Positions 1 to 8,339 of a stretch of DNA of 64,000 bases are shown here, one piece after another; position 1 is the stretch's first letter; each line of letters starts with the position of its first letter. Position numbers and translations under genes: made by a program. Under the pieces are notes generated by a model. The model was not told where the DNA came from. It searched no databases and saw only the letters and a list, made by a program, of their open reading frames with translations. The DNA is taken from IMG/VR virus record IMGVR_UViG_3300018080_000158, positions 1-64,000 of that record. One strand, 5' to 3'. The DNA is from a virus.

Positions 1-184
1 AGTAAAAGATTCCTATAGAGGCATTGCCGCTGTTTGCCCTTATCAACCCCATTGATGGAAGGACGGCAATGCCCCGCAAGCAGTCTTTTACTGCTCAATA
101 CATTTCGGACCTCCTTTCTCCTATAGGCGATAGCTTACAGCCAATCGCCCAAATTACTCATCTGTTCTGGTGGCAGCAAATTGC

Positions 185-427
185 CTATTCGGTAGCCAAT
201 GCCTCTTCTTCAGTTAGACACAGCAAGTCGGCGGTATCTTCCGTCAAGTAGTCATATGACCAAAGCCCGTGCTTGATAGGGACTTTAAATCTCTCAGGGC
301 TCCTCTTCCATGTTTTAACCTTACCGTTTACTCTCCAACGCTGAGGCGAACCGTCCGCATTTCTATTAGAAATGTGATATAACTCTTGCCCGTAAGATAG
401 ACCTAACGCTTGGTCTCTTGCTATCAT
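185..427 (-). CDS. small early phage hypothetical protein
   Basis: ORF with GGAGGTGTAGTAAATG start module; WRVNGKVKTWK motif typical of small phage proteins. Confidence 0.7.
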   Translation of the reverse strand: MIARDQALGLSYGQELYHISNRNADGSPQRWRVNGKVKTWKRSPERFKVPIKHGLWSYDYLTEDTADLLCLTEEEALATE

Positions 428-644
428 TTACTACACCTCCTTTATCTATCTTTGCTTGAATGTCTTGCAGTAAAGGGAAGGCCAAAGCTGATGATACCTT
501 ATTACTCTTCCAGAGATCAACTACTTCATCCCTGAAAGAAATCAACTCCGAATAAGATACAAGACAGCCCAGCCTATCCCTCAAAGTAAATAATACATCT
601 GCCTGGCTCACGCTACATCTCCTCTCTACTCCCCCAAGACTTAC

Positions 645-869
645 TTAATTGACATTGTGATATGCTCTAAGACAATCGATGGAGCAAAACTTTCCATTGA
701 TAAGATTACTACAATTGGTGCTGATACAGCCGTCAGGCTCTATTGAGTAAACAAACAAATGACCCTTGCGATTTTGTCCGCACCAGTCACATGTACTTTT
801 AGTCCTAACACACTGCCTCCAAATTTCCTCACGGGCATAAGGGTCTCGTGATATAAAAACCTTACTCAT
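645..869 (-). CDS. Cys-rich hypothetical protein (CDWC...FCSIDC zinc finger)
   Basis: GAGGTG RBS before ATG at 869; two CxxC-type pairs. Confidence 0.6.
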   Translation of the reverse strand: MSKVFISRDPYAREEIWRQCVRTKSTCDWCGQNRKGHLFVYSIEPDGCISTNCSNLINGKFCSIDCLRAYHNVN

Positions 870-915
870 AATTCTCACCTCACTTTCAATCGTCTGAAAG
901 TTGTTTTGCTATAAA

Positions 916-1311
916 CTAGTCTGGAATACGCTTGCGCAGATCCCAATTATAAACCTCGTGCAAGTAGTCTTTCAGATATGAGTACTTGCCAGCGAATCTA
1001 CCAGTAATAGTAATGTTAGCGCCAAAAGCCAGTGAAGGAGTAACGGATACCGTGTATGGAATCCATCCATCATAATACCCATTTTCGTCCATCGCATGAA
1101 ACTCGTTATAAAACACTAGCCTATTTGAATGACTCTTTTCATAGTCAAAAACATATTCAGAATCAATCCCAGAGCCGTGAGGAAAATAAGTTTTTATCAA
1201 TGACTCAATAGTCTCCTCGTTCTTATCTTCCCATAGTTTATTACAAGTATCGGCGCATCTTTTTTTGGCATCGACTAATATTGCCAATTTAGCATACAGT
1301 CTCTCTTTCAT
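916..1311 (-). CDS. conserved phage hypothetical protein
   Basis: PHGSGID and FHAMDENGYYDGW motifs; GGAGGTGTAGTAAATG start. Confidence 0.7.
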   Translation of the reverse strand: MKERLYAKLAILVDAKKRCADTCNKLWEDKNEETIESLIKTYFPHGSGIDSEYVFDYEKSHSNRLVFYNEFHAMDENGYYDGWIPYTVSVTPSLAFGANITITGRFAGKYSYLKDYLHEVYNWDLRKRIPD

Positions 1312-1314
1312 TTA

Positions 1315-1674
1315 CTACACCTCCTCAATTGCTACATTCTCGACAATAAGAAACACTTTGCCGTCTCTATTGTAACAAACCTCAGCCCCTTCTATATGCC
1401 AAGATCTGTTATAGATTGCCAGTTGACGCTTTTTTCCATTTTCGGTAGTTACTGCTTTTCTCTCTCGAAGGTACTGTTGCCCAGAATCGACCAAGTGGCC
1501 ATCCTTCCACATACGTCTTTTCACAAAGTCAAATCCATCAGCATTGAGTATCTTCTTCACTTTGTGCAGTAGTAAAGACTCCCCTGAAGCATTTACTACA
1601 CCATAACATTTCTTGTCGCCTTTCTCCCTTTCTACTAAACACAGTCCCTTCTCTTGGTTTAAAAATACCTTCAT
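1315..1674 (-). CDS. phage hypothetical protein
   Basis: ORF in the early array; probable start MKVFLN after AAGGAG. Confidence 0.6.
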   Translation of the reverse strand: MKVFLNQEKGLCLVEREKGDKKCYGVVNASGESLLLHKVKKILNADGFDFVKRRMWKDGHLVDSGQQYLRERKAVTTENGKKRQLAIYNRSWHIEGAEVCYNRDGKVFLIVENVAIEEV

Positions 1675-1676
1675 TA

Positions 1677-1922
1677 TTATCTCCTTCCTGCTATTCCTAT
1701 AGCAATTTGAATCTTTTCCCAAGGAGAGGGCAAGTCATATACTCTAGGCCTTTTCTCCAGACAGATCCAAACTGAATACGGATCTAAGGGGTTTTTCCAC
1801 GAACAACCAGGGCATCTTGGGTATACAGAACCCCAATGATTCGTTCCAAAACTCTTGATCAGACCGCACCTTGTGCATCTATACTTCTTATATGAATACT
1901 TTCCAGTTGTAGGTTTGCTCAT
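1677..1922 (-). CDS. zinc-ribbon hypothetical protein
   Basis: CTRC...CPGC; strong RBS. Confidence 0.6.
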   Translation of the reverse strand: MSKPTTGKYSYKKYRCTRCGLIKSFGTNHWGSVYPRCPGCSWKNPLDPYSVWICLEKRPRVYDLPSPWEKIQIAIGIAGRR

Positions 1923-1963
1923 TTACTACACCTCCTTTAATTTTTCCTGGTGGCAGCTCCCAA

Positions 1964-2341
1964 CTACTTCACCTCTATAAGGCCACTCTTTATGTAGCTC
2001 CTCAAGACGCTACATTTTACTACACGTCCAGGCCAAGCTTCGCTATACCTGGCCGCAACGGCTGCTTGAAACTCATCGACATTAGCAAATTCAGGGCTGA
2101 AGTCGATAGCGTCAATGTACTTTACATTCACTCGAAGGGATTCAGTATTAAATTGATCCTCAAATAAGTAATCAGTCTCAACGTCAAGCCACGCACCCGC
2201 AGCTTCACCCATGCCTAGAGCCCAAGACCTTCCAAGACCCTCCAAGATAACTTCCGCACGAGCTTCCTTTTCAGCTTGTGTCTTTCCCAATTGACCACGA
2301 ACGTAATGACTCCACCAATCTTTTGATATTCTAATTCTCAT
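1964..2341 (-). CDS. phage hypothetical protein
   Basis: AAGGAGG RBS; WLDVETDYLFEDQFNT. Confidence 0.65.
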   Translation of the reverse strand: MRIRISKDWWSHYVRGQLGKTQAEKEARAEVILEGLGRSWALGMGEAAGAWLDVETDYLFEDQFNTESLRVNVKYIDAIDFSPEFANVDEFQAAVAARYSEAWPGRVVKCSVLRSYIKSGLIEVK

Positions 2342-2436
2342 AATTTTATCCTCCTTTATTTGTAGTAATAGTTCAAGGATGGGCAGGGATGTAGTAATTC
2401 CCTGCCCTACATTGAAGCATTACTCGGTGAGAAGTA

Positions 2437-2790
2437 TTACTCGGTGAACATCTGCGGGAGTGTAGGTCTTATCCTTTTCAATTCCTCCATATATTTGATC
2501 TCTTCATCAATTCCAAGACAAGCTACTATGTAGTCAAATAGAGGACATTTGACTAGATACCCATTTGCCAATCGAATTACTACATTCCCTTCACAGAGCC
2601 CTACTACAACGGCATCGGCAGGCAGTGAAGAAATAACACCTGCAAAGCTTCCATCATACTTTACTACGAAACGTGGAATTTGCTCAAAGTGTGTCTTCTT
2701 TATCACTTTGACCTTTACTGCTTCCCCTGAGTCAATTACTTCTCTGTAGCCCCCAGCCTTCGCCGTCTTTACTGCTCTTTTCTTAGCCAT
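2437..2790 (-). CDS. hypothetical protein
   Basis: AGGAGGAG RBS; fits the early array. Confidence 0.6.
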   Translation of the reverse strand: MAKKRAVKTAKAGGYREVIDSGEAVKVKVIKKTHFEQIPRFVVKYDGSFAGVISSLPADAVVVGLCEGNVVIRLANGYLVKCPLFDYIVACLGIDEEIKYMEELKRIRPTLPQMFTE

Positions 2791-2853
2791 AACACTCCTC
2801 CTTATATAAGCTTTGGCCCTCTAAATGGTGACGGGGCTCAGAAGCTATTAAAA

Positions 2854-3135
2854 TCAAATACACGGAGGACGCTCTAAATACCCAGCGTCCTCGCCCAAGG
2901 CTTCAATAATCCTTTTACTAGTCTTACAGGCATACTCATTCCTCAGATCATAATTTCCAGTGTCAAAATTTTCAGCCCACCTCTTTAGACAAGCAGCAAA
3001 GAGACCGAAAAGCCCTTGCTGTAACGTCCTGTGTAAAGAACAAACACCGTCAACAAAGCCTTCGGTGTCAGGAGTGAAGTTATTAGCAAACGTACTCAGT
3101 TCCTTAACTAATTCCTCGGTAGTAGGTCTGTTCAT
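2854..3135 (-). CDS. conserved phage hypothetical protein
   Basis: HRTLQQ...YDLRNE motif; AAGGAGG RBS. Confidence 0.65.
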   Translation of the reverse strand: MNRPTTEELVKELSTFANNFTPDTEGFVDGVCSLHRTLQQGLFGLFAACLKRWAENFDTGNYDLRNEYACKTSKRIIEALGEDAGYLERPPCI

Positions 3136-3155
3136 CGTTTCGTCCTCCTTTCCTT

Positions 3156-3452
3156 CTACAGGTAAGATTCACTCCACTGCTTAAACAACTTCTTTGCCTT
3201 TTTCTCATCCCCAGTTATACGAGCTACCATTGCTCGATACCAAATCGACTTAGAGGGGATTCCTTGCCGTTTGGCTCCGTACTTGAATGACTCCAATCTA
3301 GCGAGTAAAACCTTCTCGCCGTTCTTGAACCATTCGTGATAACCCTTACCGCTACCATGATAAAATTTTATCCCTGAACATTTGTCAGTGTCTATGATGA
3401 AACCATGATTTCCATGAAACCCGCAGTGGGGGCATGTAGTAATAGCTGGCAT
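3156..3452 (-). CDS. hypothetical protein with N-terminal CPHC
   Basis: GGAGGCGAAGTAAATG start module. Confidence 0.55.
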   Translation of the reverse strand: MPAITTCPHCGFHGNHGFIIDTDKCSGIKFYHGSGKGYHEWFKNGEKVLLARLESFKYGAKRQGIPSKSIWYRAMVARITGDEKKAKKLFKQWSESYL

Positions 3453-3617
3453 TTACTTCGCCTCCTTTCCAGTTAGCCTTTTGATTATCTCCTTTGCCTC
3501 TTTCTTAGAGGGGCCTCCAAGAATCAAAGCCCCTACATCACTAAGCTCTAAAGTACGCCTAGCAATTTTCAATTGGTGTTTCTCAAATACTGATAGTGAT
3601 AATTTCCTTTTGCTCAT
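3453..3617 (-). CDS. 54-aa hypothetical protein (MSKRKLSLSVFEKHQLKIARRTL...GGPSKKEA...), absent from the ORF track
   Basis: GGAGGTGCAGTAAATG start; stop abuts the next ATG. Confidence 0.65.
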   Translation of the reverse strand: MSKRKLSLSVFEKHQLKIARRTLELSDVGALILGGPSKKEAKEIIKRLTGKEAK

Positions 3618-3653
3618 TTACTGCACCTCCTTTTTTTACTGCTTCAGCCATTC

Positions 3654-3720
3654 CTGTCCGCATGTAGGGATTTGAACCCTACTATCACCCGGCCTCCTGG
3701 CCACTCCTGGTAGCGGACAG
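3654..3720 (-). ncRNA. tRNA-like element with T-arm and acceptor-like stem
   Basis: minus strand CTGTCCGC...GCGGACAG stem enclosing GTAGGG-TTCAAAT-CCCTAC; no canonical anticodon arm or CCA. Confidence 0.45.
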
Positions 3721-3776
3721 CAAGGGCCAAAGCCCATTGCCTTATACTTACTCCTTTCTAGCGGTGGCAGCAAAAA

Positions 3777-4145
3777 CTAACCACCGCATTCACACAGTTC
3801 AGAAGCATACGCAGGATGGTATAAACTCCCAGCTTGCCAGTCCTGCCAGTTACCCCCGTCTATAGTAATCCTATGCCTACCCTTTGGGAGATAACCGGAA
3901 ATTACTACTGCTTCAGGGGCTACCTCAAAAAGGGCATCAAAAAAATCCCCATGTACATGCCAGCAAGCAGCAGCAATTCTACGTCCAGCAACGCCTCTAC
4001 GTGCTCCTGGCCCTCTACTGCTTTTCACTGTTAGAGTAAACGAGTTTGCTTCCAAAGTCTTAAAGCGAATGTTCCCATCGTACTTCTCATTGACTTTGTG
4101 CAAAGCACTTTCTAGATCCCCACTTGTACAATTTTTATATTTCAT
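3777..4145 (-). CDS. conserved phage hypothetical protein
   Basis: AACWHVHGDFF motif; GGAGGTGAGTAAATG start. Confidence 0.65.
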   Translation of the reverse strand: MKYKNCTSGDLESALHKVNEKYDGNIRFKTLEANSFTLTVKSSRGPGARRGVAGRRIAAACWHVHGDFFDALFEVAPEAVVISGYLPKGRHRITIDGGNWQDWQAGSLYHPAYASELCECGG

Positions 4146-4478
4146 TTACTCACCTCCTTCGCTATCTATATCCAACAGGGTTTGATCATCAAGCTGTCCG
4201 TACTCGGCATAGTACAAACAGTCTTGGCATACCTCATAACAATAAGCCTGTTTGGTTTTGGGGTTCCATCCTGAAGCATGATAACGATCACCGCCAAGAC
4301 GGGAACCACAACACTCGCAAGCCCTCCAAGAGAAGTAAGGTTCAAATCCTACTTCTTCTTCGCAGATAGGACATACAGGCTCTTCTTCAGATCCAGACTG
4401 TGAGAGATTAGTAATTCCTTCAGTCTCAAAAAAGGCTTTTACCTTTCTCTCATACTCAGAGTACTCGGACTTGTTCAT
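4146..4478 (-). CDS. Cys-rich hypothetical protein
   Basis: FSWRACECCGSRLGGDR, CQDC. Confidence 0.65.
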   Translation of the reverse strand: MNKSEYSEYERKVKAFFETEGITNLSQSGSEEEPVCPICEEEVGFEPYFSWRACECCGSRLGGDRYHASGWNPKTKQAYCYEVCQDCLYYAEYGQLDDQTLLDIDSEGGE

Positions 4479-4482
4479 TTAC

Positions 4483-4998
4483 TCACCTCCCTAAACGCTT
4501 GCCGGTAATAAAATCGATCCAGCGAATGGCAGCTTCTCTTGAAGTAAAAGAAGCCACAATTTTTTTGTCTGCTCTCACATCGTGAGTATACCCTTTATCT
4601 CTGGAAACAGAAGGCCAGCGAATTGTATACTCTGCCTGTGAGTAGTTAGGATGCCGGTATACTTCACGACCGCCAACAAACAGCCTCACAATACTAGTTA
4701 CTAGTATTGCACCTCCTCCTGTACTTCTGGTATTGTGCAGTAAAATGGGGATGTGAATTGGCCCCATACTTCTACCTATCTGACCCGTTACGTCGAACTC
4801 CTCTCCCCAGTCTCGCCCGGTTTTACTATCACCATAAAACAACCGGACTCTAAGGCCATGCACCCTGGCCCTTTCCAACTCTGTCAATAATTTTGGATCG
4901 GTACTAGCAGGGTAGTACGTACCGCTTTTGTGCCGCACGTCTATGAATGTGCGCCCTGTAGGCCCTATCCATTTATGGATACGTTTTGGTGTTGTCAT
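4483..4998 (-). CDS. conserved hypothetical protein
   Basis: RVRLFYGD...TGRDW...IGRSMG...RSTGGGAIL motif set. Confidence 0.7.
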   Translation of the reverse strand: MTTPKRIHKWIGPTGRTFIDVRHKSGTYYPASTDPKLLTELERARVHGLRVRLFYGDSKTGRDWGEEFDVTGQIGRSMGPIHIPILLHNTRSTGGGAILVTSIVRLFVGGREVYRHPNYSQAEYTIRWPSVSRDKGYTHDVRADKKIVASFTSREAAIRWIDFITGKRLGR

Positions 4999-5027
4999 TT
5001 ACTACACCTCCTTTTTTACTGCTTCAG

Positions 5028-5258
5028 CTACACGTTCCATCCTAACTCTTGAGTCACTAAAGTATGGTACGCAGTCCTTTTTATTTGTGGAATCTTTCCG
5101 CAAAGCTTTCCAGGACCTCCATAAAAAGGATAGTAACCAAAACAGTCTGCTAGTACTTCATTAGAAACATTCCCTTTAAACCATGCCCAGCGAATCCATG
5201 AGAATTCATCTAAATCCCTTTTGCCTTCTTTTAAAATTACAGTATGTTTTTCTTTCAT
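5028..5258 (-). CDS. hypothetical protein
   Basis: AGGAGAG RBS; YGGPGK. Confidence 0.55.
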   Translation of the reverse strand: MKEKHTVILKEGKRDLDEFSWIRWAWFKGNVSNEVLADCFGYYPFYGGPGKLCGKIPQIKRTAYHTLVTQELGWNV

Positions 5259-5289
5259 CTTCTCTCTCCTTTCTTCGTACTACCTACCT

Positions 5290-5586
5290 TTATGATATGT
5301 AGGTAGCAATTTTATATTGTTCTCCGTCTTTACTCAATTTAATAAGCACACCAGAGAAAAACGAATCCGATGAGTAACCATGCCATTCACTTTCAAATGG
5401 ATGATTGCCTTCAAGCCTTAAAAAGTCTGAAATATGATACCAACAATGCCGGTAGTAAATCCACCCATCATAGTCAGCACCGTCCTTATCCAAATGGGCA
5501 TACTCTTCTTTCTTTACTTTCTCAGGTACTTCATACCCATACTTGAAATCCTTCCACTTATAATCAGTAATAATCTCTAAACTCAT
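5290..5586 (-). CDS. conserved phage hypothetical protein, first gene of the early array
   Basis: WHGYSSDSFFSGVLIKL motif; GGAAGTGAAGTAAATG start. Confidence 0.7.
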   Translation of the reverse strand: MSLEIITDYKWKDFKYGYEVPEKVKKEEYAHLDKDGADYDGWIYYRHCWYHISDFLRLEGNHPFESEWHGYSSDSFFSGVLIKLSKDGEQYKIATYIS

Positions 5587-5632
5587 TTACTTCACTTCCT
5601 TTCTTTATTTGGATTGCCTGCAATATCTACAA

Positions 5633-5756
5633 GGTGAGATACTGGGCGCTCAGGTCCAGTCAGCCCTCCAACCTCGCACCTAAATCGGCCCCTATGGCCG
5701 GTGAGGAAATCTTACTTACTGTCCAGGAGGAACGAGGTCAAGTACTCCTGGACACC
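5633..5756. ncRNA. structured RNA motif, copy 1 of a tandem pair
   Basis: multi-stem fold whose stems co-vary with copy 2; strand ambiguous. Confidence 0.65.
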
Positions 5757-5803
5757 CCATATACATTGTAGCAATCCATGTCTCCTTGAATTACTCTCAC
5801 AGT

Positions 5804-5926
5804 GGCGGGATATCGGGCGCTAAGGTCCGATCAGCCCTCTAACTCCGCACCTAAGCTGGTAGTAATACCAGTGAGGAAATCCTGCTTGCCGTCCAGGGGG
5901 AACGGAGTCAAGTACCCCTGAACACC
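5804..5926. ncRNA. structured RNA motif, copy 2 of a tandem pair
   Basis: ~171-bp periodic repeat with compensatory substitutions. Confidence 0.65.
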
Positions 5927-6741
5927 ACTTGTAGTAATTCATTATATAATAGATCCAACCCGGTCCATCCTACACAGTCGGACAGACTAGGCAAGACCTA
6001 CAATATCTCATATGTCGGTCTCCGTGACAATTACTGATCTTGGCCCTCACGGTACGCCTCAATGTAGTATTTTAAGTGTGCCGCTACCTATGTAGTAATT
6101 ACTACCACCAACCTTTCGGTAATTTGTCGTCCCTACTCTCGTGGTGGCAGCAAAAACTACTTGCAGCTATTCAACCATTTACTCTTGATTGACCATTACG
6201 GTTTACTCTTCAATGGTGTTTTACTACATTGGCACAGATAGCCTTCGAGCTATCATCTAGCAGCCCTTTCAGCTCTTTCAAGCTGTTTATCGCCTCTGTC
6301 GGTTGTCGTCCCTACTTCGTTTTACTACCTGGTGGCAGCAAAAACTTTCGGTACATACGCATCAATCAGGTTTACTACTTCCTTCTAACAGAGCCCGGCA
6401 AACTGAAGGCCGTTTGACTTGTTAGGTTACTTGCCTTTTTTTGTCTATGGGATGTTGAAGGTCCCAGCGATGAGCGCCTCGGCTAAACCTGATTTGTTCA
6501 GCTCCAATTGAGTGCAATAAAAAGTTTTACTAATCACTGCACTGTTGGACTGTCTTATGTCTGCGTGATTTGAAGCGAATCAATTAGGCGGGAACGAGCG
6601 GAACGTAAGCCGTCCCGCTCTCTACTTTCCTTTTGTGGGCTTTATCCTTGCTTGGTTTGGCTTCCGGCCATTCCGCTTCTGTTTTTTCCCCGTTCGCTGG
6701 CCTCTGGCCCATGCCGGTTGCCTTGCTTCCGCTTAGTGCCT

Positions 6742-6753
6742 TTTTCAAAGAGC
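6742..6753 (-). promoter_or_regulatory. boxA-like antitermination element
   Basis: minus strand GCTCTTTGAAAA about 20 nt downstream of the early promoter. Confidence 0.55.
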
Positions 6754-6778
6754 TTGTTTTTTCTTACCTTTCAATTAT

Positions 6779-6840
6779 AAGGTATAACAGATAAGCCCTT
6801 TTGTCAAGGTTTTTTGGTCGTTTTTTTCGTTTTTTCTGCC
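6779..6840 (-). promoter_or_regulatory. early sigma70-type promoter with upstream A-tracts
   Basis: TTGACA (6807-6802), 17 bp, TACCTT (TATAAT adjacent); phased A-tracts upstream. Confidence 0.65.
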
Positions 6841-7045
6841 CCAAAAACTATAACAGATACAAATACTTACAAAAAATCGTACTTTTTTCTCTTTCCAAGC
6901 CCTAAAAACGGCCTAAAAAACGGCCAAATCTTAAGGAGGTGAAGTCGTCTATTCCGACCTTTAATTACAATTTTGTAATTCATGTAATTAGACCTTGACA
7001 AAAAAGCTTGCCTACTTTCTCACGTCTGAAACCAGATCCAAGGCC

Positions 7046-7074
7046 TTGACAACAAAGTCAGCCTTTGCTATAAA
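7046..7074 (+). promoter_or_regulatory. sigma70-type promoter for the plus-strand island
   Basis: TTGACA-17bp-TATAAA. Confidence 0.65.
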
Positions 7075-7344
7075 TGAGTCTATCTGGAATCCAAACAGGA
7101 GAGGAGTCTATAAAATGGGGGCTTTTCACAATCCTACCAACAGCCACAAATCAAAGGCCCTGAAATTTGAAATAGTGAGTCTTGAACGGAGAAAAAAATT
7201 TTGTATCAAAGATCTTTCTGCCAGCTCCCATGCGTATAGCATTTAGCTAGTACCATTCATTATGCCCCAGGCCCATTTAGAAAGTGCTAACTTACATCCT
7301 TATCGCACAAACAATAAGGACTTCAACGAGGAGTAGTAAAACAC

Positions 7345-7563
7345 ATGAAACCAAAAGACCAGATCAGCTTAAAAGACTTCGAGCACTACACAGGAAAGAT
7401 AATTCTCGCTTCTACAAGCAGAAGCAAGGCCAGGCTATATGCCACAATACAACCTGCCAGCAGTAACTCCATATCCTATGAGGTATGGACTAATGATGAA
7501 ATTCGTTATGTGTTCAAGGACTTTATTTCAGCCATTGGCTTGTATAACTCTCTATGCGCCTGA
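7345..7563 (+). CDS. hypothetical protein
   Basis: GAGGAG RBS; downstream of the plus-strand promoter. Confidence 0.55.
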   Translation: MKPKDQISLKDFEHYTGKIILASTSRSKARLYATIQPASSNSISYEVWTNDEIRYVFKDFISAIGLYNSLCA

Positions 7564-7700
7564 AAGGGTGAGAAAAGGGATACAGGTTAAGGAGAATTTA
7601 AAAGCATACCCTAAACATGGCGGTATCTTTAAAGTTGGCGATACTATTGAAATTCAGTGAAGCAAGTTATTTCCTGAGTTAGACTTAAAGGAGGTTTAAA

Positions 7701-7979
7701 GTGTTGAATAGGTATTTACGGTTCTCAAAACTCGGCTTTGTGGTATGGCCAGGCCATACTCCATCAAACCAAAATGCTAATATTCAACATAGTCAAATGG
7801 CTAATGCCATTAAAGCAACCAAATCAGAAGAAGAAATAGGCAAGTTAATTTCAGCAGGCTTTTGCCATATACTAGGAGAGCAAACTGTATGCTTCGGCTT
7901 TTCAATGACTACAAACCTAAAAAGCCTGAAAGGAGACTCGGAGCTACTCACAAGGCAATTAAATCTTCAACAACAATAA
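7701..7979 (+). CDS. phage hypothetical protein
   Basis: AAGGAGG RBS; H...ISAGFC...CFGFS.T.NLKS pattern common in phage proteins. Confidence 0.65.
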   Translation: MLNRYLRFSKLGFVVWPGHTPSNQNANIQHSQMANAIKATKSEEEIGKLISAGFCHILGEQTVCFGFSMTTNLKSLKGDSELLTRQLNLQQQ

Positions 7980-8213
7980 TCAATACAAGTATTAGAAGTA
8001 GAAGGGTAAGGTGGCCATGTATCGCCTTGCCTTTTCTTTTGCTTCCTTGCCTCAATTACTAATCATCCCCCGGTGGCAGCTAACCGATTCACCAGGCCTG
8101 CTAAGAAGTACTAATCACTTCTCGAATTTTTCCCAGAATTTTTTAACATACCTATACAGACCATCCTATTACGATCTTCAGGTCTTAGTTTAACTTGGTC
8201 AGATTAGATACAC

Positions 8214-8326
8214 ATAGGCTGTAATTTTTGATCAGAATTTTATTGCTCTCTTAAAGGACACATAGGTTCAATTTTTTGGTCAGAATTTAAATACGTATAA
8301 GTTGTAATTTTTGGTCAGAATTTTAC
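8214..8326. repeat. three ~29-bp direct repeats (ATAgGyTgtAATTTTTGrTCAGAATTT)
   Basis: copies start at about 8214, 8262 and 8298. Confidence 0.7.
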
Positions 8327-8339
8327 AGACCCCGCAGGC

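Noticed and set aside
882-901. Neisseria DNA uptake sequence
   Set aside because: Shares CGTCTGAA but lacks the GC prefix of GCCGTCTGAA, and variant copies keep the palindromic arms instead
3654-3720. functional tRNA gene
   Set aside because: No 7-nt anticodon loop, D-arm or CCA; kept only as a tRNA-like element
5790-5815. cobalamin riboswitch (CCCGCCACTGT on the minus strand)
   Set aside because: Not conserved in the other copy, and the other B12-element motifs are missing
7701-7730. RYLRF at the N-terminus of 7701..7979 as a member of the peptide-tag family
   Set aside because: N-terminal, and matches the first beta-strand usual for this protein type; probably coincidental
8214-8326. mini-CRISPR array
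   Set aside because: Repeats are degenerate, the gaps (~19 and ~7 bp) are too short and unequal, and no cas operon is present
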